53,791 nt of DNA, taken from the IMG/VR virus record IMGVR_UViG_3300048041_000085, positions 1 to 53,791 of that record. One strand, 5' to 3'. Position numbers and translations under genes: made by a program. The notes beneath the pieces are model-generated. The model did no database searches. It saw nothing but the letters and a program-made list of their open reading frames with translations, and was not told the DNA's origin. The stretch is from a virus. Its lineage: Duplodnaviria > Caudoviricetes. The first letter of the stretch is position 1. Every line of letters begins with the position of its first letter. Positions 47,581-53,791 of this stretch are shown one piece after another.

Positions 47581-49731
47581 TTAGTTTGATTGAAGCGTGT
47601 AAGTTGTGAACCAGCTGTAACCCGTTGCAGAAGGCGCAGTAACTTGTACGAGAAGGTTCGTACCGCTAATAACAACGTTGAATGTTCCTGTTGTTTGAGC
47701 ATTTACAAAAACAATAGGTGTTCCAATTAGGGTCAATGTTCCCGAGACACTAACAACCGTTGCATTAAAGCTACCACCCGTAGCATCAGCATAAGTACTT
47801 GTTGTTGACGCATTTATTGTACCTGCAATTGTCACAACACCGTTCGTAGGAACAGGGACAGAAAGAAGAGTTGTCGCAGATGTACTTGAAGTTGCAACGG
47901 TAGCTGTCTTTAAACCACCACCAGCAGGTGCCGACCAAGTTCCATTACCAGAAGCATCAGAAGTAAAAACATAATTTGATACGGCGCCCAAAGGAATCTT
48001 GATTGAGTTTGTAAATACGGCTTGCGGTGTGAAAGTATTAACAGCTGTCCAGGTTTGAATAGCCCCTAAAGATCCATAAGTTGTGTCTCCATAAGTCTTA
48101 GTGATCAACTGAGTCGAAGTCGTTGGCGTAACAGTTGAAGTCGGAAGGGCTGTGTTAAACGAGTTATTTCCTGTAAAAGCATTAGGTCCAGCAAGGGTTA
48201 CTTCACCAACTACAGTCGCATATGTCGCGTCAGCAAATGCCTTTGTGATCAACTGAGTCGAAGTTGTCGGAGTCACTGTTGATGTTGGAAGAGAGGTATT
48301 AAAAGTATTTGTTCCCGTGAAAGCATTTGTTCCTGATAGAGCCGCAGCTGTACCGACAACTGAAGCAACAGGTATTGTTGCAGATGTAATACTTGCCCCA
48401 GAAAGAACAGGAGCTACACCGAAAGTCACCGCATTCGTATTAAATATGTTTGTGCCCGTAAATGTATTATTACCAGCTGCTGTTACACCTCCGGCAATTG
48501 TTCCATATGTTGCATCACCGTAAGCCTTAGTAATGAGTTGAGTCGATGTTGTCGGAGTCTCTGTTGAAGTCGGTAGATTTGTATTAAACGTGCTCGTTCC
48601 CGTAAATACGTTTGCTCCAGATAGAGAGGCTGCCGTGCCAACGACTGATGCCACGGGGATTGTTGCCGCCGCAATAGATGCTCCACTCATAACAGGCGCA
48701 ACACCGAAAGTTACAGCATTTGTATTGAATATGTTTGTGCCTGTGAAAGTATTGTTACCACCAGCAGTAACTTCACCAGAAATTGTAGCGTAAGTCGCGT
48801 CACCATAGGCTTTAGTAATAAGTTGCGTTGAGGTTGTCGGTGTAACCGTTGACGTCGGAAGGTTTGTATTAAACGTATTTGTACCGGTAAATACGTTGTT
48901 ACCGAGCTGACTCACATCCCCTGAACCCGCAGCAGTCCATGTTAACGTCGTAGAATTTTGTGTAGCCAATACCCAGCCTGGATTGACGGAAGGATTAAGG
49001 GTAATCCATGTACCCCCGTAGTAGTACAATAGAGAACCATTTGTTGGCGTAAGTGTAGCAATCTCTGTTAAATAAGCATTAGCTGCTTGATAATCAACAT
49101 TTGGTGTTGCAATAGCAAGAGCAACACTACCTGAGGTAACAGTTTGTTTTAAGAGTCCCGAAGTTAAGCTTCCTAAGTTTGTAGAGTTAGGAAGATCAGG
49201 AGCAGCCTGAGTCACAACATAATAATTAGCATCACTAGCGGCACCACTAACCGCAGCACTAATCGTTAAGTCTGTTTGTGTTCCTGTATCTACATATGTT
49301 AAGCCGACATTAGAACCAGCAACAAGGTTAAAGCTACTATGGGGTGCCCCGGCATTCGATCCGTTAACTTTAATCTGTGTTAACTGTAATGAGGTTGATG
49401 GGTTAACACTTATTGTAGGATTACCGGCCTGACCATCACCATTAGTAATTGAAATAGAAGAACCGCCAGTAAAATGTCGCGTAATAAGACCACCCTCAAG
49501 TTGAGGAACGCTAATAACAATTCCGAAAGAATCCGTATTTTGAAGCGTCATTATATTAGCAAGGTTTCCAGTTGTACTTGCTGTATAAGTTGAACCACCT
49601 CCGGCATTTAGATAGGTAAGACCCGTATTAGCACCGGCAACTAATTGTTGACTTAAGGGGATGCCATAAATCGGATTGGTTGCAAAATTACCGATGGTTA
49701 AAAAATTTATAAGGGTTGGGTCAAAAGCCAT
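47581..49731 (-). CDS. Long tail fibre with tandem FTGTNTF/TKAY repeats
   Basis: 4x FNTxLPTSTxTPTTSTQLITKxY/F and 2x FNTNAVTFGVAPV repeats; DASGNGTW motif. Confidence 0.8.
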   Translation of the reverse strand: MAFDPTLINFLTIGNFATNPIYGIPLSQQLVAGANTGLTYLNAGGGSTYTASTTGNLANIMTLQNTDSFGIVISVPQLEGGLITRHFTGGSSISITNGDGQAGNPTISVNPSTSLQLTQIKVNGSNAGAPHSSFNLVAGSNVGLTYVDTGTQTDLTISAAVSGAASDANYYVVTQAAPDLPNSTNLGSLTSGLLKQTVTSGSVALAIATPNVDYQAANAYLTEIATLTPTNGSLLYYYGGTWITLNPSVNPGWVLATQNSTTLTWTAAGSGDVSQLGNNVFTGTNTFNTNLPTSTVTPTTSTQLITKAYGDATYATISGEVTAGGNNTFTGTNIFNTNAVTFGVAPVMSGASIAAATIPVASVVGTAASLSGANVFTGTSTFNTNLPTSTETPTTSTQLITKAYGDATYGTIAGGVTAAGNNTFTGTNIFNTNAVTFGVAPVLSGASITSATIPVASVVGTAAALSGTNAFTGTNTFNTSLPTSTVTPTTSTQLITKAFADATYATVVGEVTLAGPNAFTGNNSFNTALPTSTVTPTTSTQLITKTYGDTTYGSLGAIQTWTAVNTFTPQAVFTNSIKIPLGAVSNYVFTSDASGNGTWSAPAGGGLKTATVATSSTSATTLLSVPVPTNGVVTIAGTINASTTSTYADATGGSFNATVVSVSGTLTLIGTPIVFVNAQTTGTFNVVISGTNLLVQVTAPSATGYSWFTTYTLQSN

Positions 49732-49742
49732 TATGCGTACTC

Positions 49743-50282
49743 CTAGGATGATGTAAATGTTGAGATGCCATCAGAATAAGCACTGGTAACATCGGGATAA
49801 GTGGAAGCAACCTGCAAAACATAATAAGTATGTGGTGCTAAGCCTGTGATGGTGTAGGTAACAGTAGGATAAATCGTGGCGGGTATATCGAAGATAGGGT
49901 TTTGTACAACAGTGCTTGTCCATTGAACGACATAACTTGTAGCTACTGATACAGAATTCCAGGATACGGTTATTGAGTCATCAGTTACGGAATCAACAAC
50001 CAATCCGGTTGGTATCGGCGGTGTATTTTGACGTAAGAGAATACGAATAATCGGGGACGGTTGAGGATCAGGACGCAACCATGCCGGGGCTAATTGAGCT
50101 TGTGGCACATCAACATGATCTTTATGGGTATAAAATCCTGTCCATTGAATTTGACTTCCCATATATTGCATAACGGGGACCATGTCATCGACCATAATTG
50201 GTAAACCGCGAATATCATCGCGGCCATAAGGCATAAGATCATCTTCATCTACATAAGGAATACGACCCCTATAATTACTCAT
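49743..50282 (-). CDS. Virion protein with C-terminal fibronectin type III domain
   Basis: PTGLVV..VTDDSITVSW....TSYVVQW..YTITGLAPHTYY.LQV. Confidence 0.75.
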   Translation of the reverse strand: MSNYRGRIPYVDEDDLMPYGRDDIRGLPIMVDDMVPVMQYMGSQIQWTGFYTHKDHVDVPQAQLAPAWLRPDPQPSPIIRILLRQNTPPIPTGLVVDSVTDDSITVSWNSVSVATSYVVQWTSTVVQNPIFDIPATIYPTVTYTITGLAPHTYYVLQVASTYPDVTSAYSDGISTFTSS

Positions 50283-51373
50283 GCGAAACCTCCATCTAAG
50301 CTAAAGCGTGCTTGTGAAGGGACATTTTCAGTGTCTTCTTGTCCTGCTAATTGATAAACTTGTTGTGCTGCTGCAAAAAGTTGTTCATATCTATCCGGCG
50401 CATAAGCAATCGCTAATTTAGCGGCTAAGCCTGCTGTAGCAGGTTCGATAAAACGTGAGTTCGCATCAATAGAATTTTGAAACGTACCGCAATCTTGGAT
50501 ATAGCGCACACAGTTAAAGACAAAGAAATCATAAGGTGAAGTAACGGTAGGCGTTCCATAGATTCTAATGACACCTGGGTTAACTCTATCAAACCAGTAA
50601 GTCGCTGCGGTTCCTGATGATATATTAAGACTTTGTTTAATATTGTCCTCACGTGATTGAGGATTCATCGATTGGCTACCCTTAGGGATATTTAAATAGA
50701 TCTGAGCGATATTAAGAGTTGCACCACCGCTTTCACGAATACGCCAATTTACCGCTGCGTAGGTTGTTGGTAGAGACACCCATAGAGGCATACCAAAGTA
50801 ATAAAGTTGAGCCGGTATGTTTAAAACGTTAATCCAATCGCCATCACCTGGATCTGCTAGAAAAGAACAATCGACACTAAGGGTATAAGTCTGTGTTGTA
50901 TAAGTCTCGATGCCCACATATAAGATAGGTTGAGGCGTCGTATATAGATAAGAAATATTGCCATTAATTGATGTCTGAGTGCACGGTACCGATACCCCGT
51001 AAGTAAAGGGATATGTGAAAGCATTAAGAGCAACGCCTCCCGCACTTGAAGTAGCTGTTCCTCCTAAGATATCATTTCCAGTAACCAAAATACCGTCTAA
51101 AATCTTAGAGGTGTTAAAAGGCATTGAGTATACAAACTGATACGGAACAATGGGGATGATATATTGAATAACAGTAAAGAGATTAAGACCGTGGTTAGGC
51201 CAATCACTTAAGACAAAGTCTAAACATGTCTTCGCATCTGCATATCTAATACCGTCTTGCTCATAGTTTTTAATACCACAACGTAAAAATGCATTACGGA
51301 CAATGAGATCTACATCAATCGTTGAAAACGTGTATTGAAGCGATGTATTTGTATATTGTGCAGACAAAGGCAT
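50279..51373 (-). CDS. Head-tail connector/adaptor protein with inserted beta-sandwich
   Basis: AF.RCG..A...L....W.N.GLNL.T, GLAAKLA..AP.R adaptor motifs flank a discoidin-like insert (WRIRE.GG.TL...Q.Y). Confidence 0.65.
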   Translation of the reverse strand: MPLSAQYTNTSLQYTFSTIDVDLIVRNAFLRCGIKNYEQDGIRYADAKTCLDFVLSDWPNHGLNLFTVIQYIIPIVPYQFVYSMPFNTSKILDGILVTGNDILGGTATSSAGGVALNAFTYPFTYGVSVPCTQTSINGNISYLYTTPQPILYVGIETYTTQTYTLSVDCSFLADPGDGDWINVLNIPAQLYYFGMPLWVSLPTTYAAVNWRIRESGGATLNIAQIYLNIPKGSQSMNPQSREDNIKQSLNISSGTAATYWFDRVNPGVIRIYGTPTVTSPYDFFVFNCVRYIQDCGTFQNSIDANSRFIEPATAGLAAKLAIAYAPDRYEQLFAAAQQVYQLAGQEDTENVPSQARFSLDGGFA

Positions 51374-51394
51374 TTAAACATCTCTTTTTAGCGA

Positions 51395-51709
51395 CTATTT
51401 ACCGCGATACCGTAAAGCTAAGTTGGCGCGTTTCCGTTCCAAATCAGAATCTGAATGGGTAGCCTCTTCCAAACGACGTGTCGAAATCTTTCTATCTTCA
51501 GGAATATCTAACTCACGATGAAGAGCGCCTTTTTTAGAATGTTCCGAAGCTTCCTGCATCCAATGATCATTTTTAACTTCGCCACCTTTAGCATAACGTT
51601 GACGTCTGCGATTATCGTTGATGTCAACTTCATCTTCCGAATGCATGCCTTTTTTTCTCAAACCATTTTCTTTACGTAAGACGTCTCTGAGTGCGCGACT
51701 TAATGCCAT
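51395..51709 (-). CDS. Small basic virion protein
   Basis: YAKGGEV; W....KKGALHREL.IP...KI....L...KRANLA. Confidence 0.6.
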   Translation of the reverse strand: MALSRALRDVLRKENGLRKKGMHSEDEVDINDNRRRQRYAKGGEVKNDHWMQEASEHSKKGALHRELDIPEDRKISTRRLEEATHSDSDLERKRANLALRYRGK

Positions 51710-52422
51710 TAGTAAGTTGCTCCTTGTTGCATGATGGTTGCTGTAAATGTTCCGGTGCCTGTAGCAGATATCTCAATTGAGGTTAGTGGAATACTGATAA
51801 AACTCACGATTCCATTTGTTGTAATCGGATTCACAAGACCTGTAGGAGAAACAACAAAAGGAGGTTGCGTAATATTTGCTGTGAAATAGTTCGTATCATC
51901 TAAGCTGTAATTAAGGCTTAGGGATTGAGAAGCAACATTCGTAAAGGCCACAGAATAATTATTAACATTATTCCAAACATCGGCAAAAAACGGCATTGTT
52001 GTTCCCGTGCTATAGCCAATAGATAAAGTTGTTATTGTTGTTGCCATCGTGGTTGGAACAATGCTTAAAATTTGTGAGTAAAGATTAGCACTTGTATAAA
52101 CCGTTGATGCCGCCGTACACGTAATGGTTTCTGTTACGATCGATGTTTGTGCTGGCAACTTATAAGTAGGATATATACTAACGATTCCCGTTACCTTAAA
52201 CACAACACCAGCTTCTGTGGAGTCAAAAGTTATGTGTCTCAAATTGTTTGACGGTAAATTATAATTATAAGAAATAATGCCTGACCGAGGATTGCTAATT
52301 GGAATTCCATTAACCAAAGGGATTGATTGATTCAAATAGGATTCATTTAAAGACCCTGTATAAAGGGCTATTGCACTTGTAGCAGGCCAGGTAACAACAT
52401 AATTTTTAGTATTAAATGCCAT
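51709..52422 (-). CDS. Structural protein (distantly similar to decoration family)
   Basis: R.ITF..F.VTG..TETI......S.NLY..I.SI; ends T.T..Q.G. Confidence 0.55.
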   Translation of the reverse strand: MAFNTKNYVVTWPATSAIALYTGSLNESYLNQSIPLVNGIPISNPRSGIISYNYNLPSNNLRHITFDSTEAGVVFKVTGIVSIYPTYKLPAQTSIVTETITCTAASTVYTSANLYSQILSIVPTTMATTITTLSIGYSTGTTMPFFADVWNNVNNYSVAFTNVASQSLSLNYSLDDTNYFTANITQPPFVVSPTGLVNPITTNGIVSFISIPLTSIEISATGTGTFTATIMQQGATY

Positions 52423-52431
52423 TTTTATTCC

Positions 52432-53316
52432 CTACGATGTCGGTAAATTATTGTAGACAGTCATATCTGCTGGGTACTGGACACCCGTTTCATCAAACGG
52501 AATTAAGACAGGGACAGCAACAATGGGATTTTCATCATCATTCGCATAAATGATTTTTTGAGCCGAGGAATTGATTTGACCATTAGCCCCATCAGTCAAT
52601 AACTGAGCTTGTAGATATGAATCTGCACCAACTACATAATAACAAACGGTAAGAACTTCATTATTAGACGAATTCGGTAGAGTAACGGTACCGTTAGCAT
52701 CCCCTGAAGTCGCAGAGGGAGCCTCTATCCGCCAATTATTGCCAGGCGTAATATTTGCATAAGAAAAGGGAGCAGGATTTGCGATCGCATTGTAAACACA
52801 TGAAATAACATTTCCGACACGTGGCAAATAATAAGGTAAGCCGATTACATAATTCGGGAAACATTCAACAGTTGACATATCTACATTTAATTCGACAGAA
52901 GAAATGTATTTAAATGTCTTTGTTGAAGCAACAGAATATTCTGAAGTTGTAAAAGAAACAGTATTAATAACTTCTAGATAGTTAGAATCATATCCTGTAA
53001 AAGTAACAGTTCCATCTTCAGTAAAATCAACTAGGTTTTCCCGTTCTAATAGGAGGCCTCGTTGACAATCAAGAGGAATAACAGGAACGGGTATACCTTC
53101 AATAGTTTGTAAATTTGCACCAACAAGCGGCAATGGCACATCAGCTTGTGCATTATTGAAAGCTACAATCTGCAAAGATAAAGCAGCGTTTGATTGAGGA
53201 ATACAATTAAAAACACAAATTGGAGGCTGATAAACACCTACTCCAAGAATATTTGAAACATTAAATAAATCTTGGCTATTTCCATTCTGTACCTGTGTCG
53301 GTGTTACGTTCGGCAT
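52432..53316 (-). CDS. Decoration-like structural protein
   Basis: TQVQNG.S.DLFNV.N..GVGVY, LDCQR, GYD, KTFK, GLPY, NNWRI, YYVVGADS shared with junction gene. Confidence 0.7.
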   Translation of the reverse strand: MPNVTPTQVQNGNSQDLFNVSNILGVGVYQPPICVFNCIPQSNAALSLQIVAFNNAQADVPLPLVGANLQTIEGIPVPVIPLDCQRGLLLERENLVDFTEDGTVTFTGYDSNYLEVINTVSFTTSEYSVASTKTFKYISSVELNVDMSTVECFPNYVIGLPYYLPRVGNVISCVYNAIANPAPFSYANITPGNNWRIEAPSATSGDANGTVTLPNSSNNEVLTVCYYVVGADSYLQAQLLTDGANGQINSSAQKIIYANDDENPIVAVPVLIPFDETGVQYPADMTVYNNLPTS

Positions 53317-53326
53317 ATATCACCTA

Positions 53327-53791
53327 TTACGTTACAGGATTATTGAAATAAAGATTGTATTCAGACATTTGGCCTGGATATTGAATGCCTGTCTCATCTC
53401 CAGCAACAAGCAATGGAGGTGGTGTATTGGCTGGTCTTGGTGATACTGCGGGCGGAGTCGGATAAGGACCCGGACTTGGATAACCGATCAGGTTATAAGC
53501 TGTATAATCATTGGCTGCTAATGCATTTTGCAATTTTGAATCCGCACCATATACCCAATACAAAACTGAGAAGACAGACGCACCGTTAGGATTTGTATAA
53601 AGTATAAAAATGCCTCTGGCATCGTAGCTAAACATCGATGGGGCTTGTATTCTCCAATTGTTATTAAAAAAACCGACTTCTGTTGCAGAATTAGGATCTG
53701 CAGATGAAAGTGGCGTTAGTGGCTGATTGTTATAATTAACCGAAATTATTTGTTGTGTGCTTAAACACAAATGAGATGGGAGAGAAATTCC
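53327..53791 (-). CDS. 3' part of junction-spanning decoration-like gene (starts at 667)
   Basis: NNWRIQAPS..DARG..YWVYGADS..DETGIQYP. Confidence 0.8.
   Translation of the reverse strand, partial: GISLPSHLCLSTQQIISVNYNNQPLTPLSSADPNSATEVGFFNNNWRIQAPSMFSYDARGIFILYTNPNGASVFSVLYWVYGADSKLQNALAANDYTAYNLIGYPSPGPYPTPPAVSPRPANTPPPLLVAGDETGIQYPGQMSEYNLYFNNPVT
53593..53791. repeat. Terminal direct repeat / circular overlap, copy 2
   Basis: Matches 1-199 with one mismatch. Confidence 0.95.

Noticed and set aside
1-53791. Alternative genetic code or N15-like linear plasmid
   Set aside because: Standard code gives dense full-length genes using all three stops; no protelomerase or long telomere palindrome found

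Overview
This window is very likely a complete, circularly assembled ~53.6 kb temperate phage genome. Bases 1-199 repeat at 53593-53791 with one synonymous mismatch, and a 310-aa structural gene reads through the junction. The virion module is podovirus-like and lies on the minus strand: portal, scaffold, GroES-like co-chaperonin, Mu gpT/HK97-type major capsid, a family of paralogous decoration-like proteins, adaptors, repeat-rich fibres, nozzle and four ejection proteins. I found no DNA polymerase, helicase, catalytic integrase or protelomerase. Instead there is a type Ib ParA + RHH partition cassette with dispersed 11-bp-period TGAnn(T/G)CA arrays, and a Rep protein ending in a DnaA_N-like domain, so it looks like a circular phage-plasmid. 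The cargo points to a eukaryote-associated, probably intracellular alphaproteobacterial host (inference). It includes an ankyrin protein and a signal-peptide coiled-coil protein ending in an ULK1-like LIR motif (DADDFVVV). Other notable cargo: a full GroEL located far from its GroES, an Hfq whose sRNA-binding proximal face is degenerate, a streamlined HsdM coupled to a 46-aa HsdS lacking TRDs, an orphan C5 methyltransferase, tRNA-Gln(UUG), several domain-only derivatives of mobile-element proteins, and a ~300-nt structured leader before the capsid operon. All family calls come from motif recognition by eye; no database searches were run.
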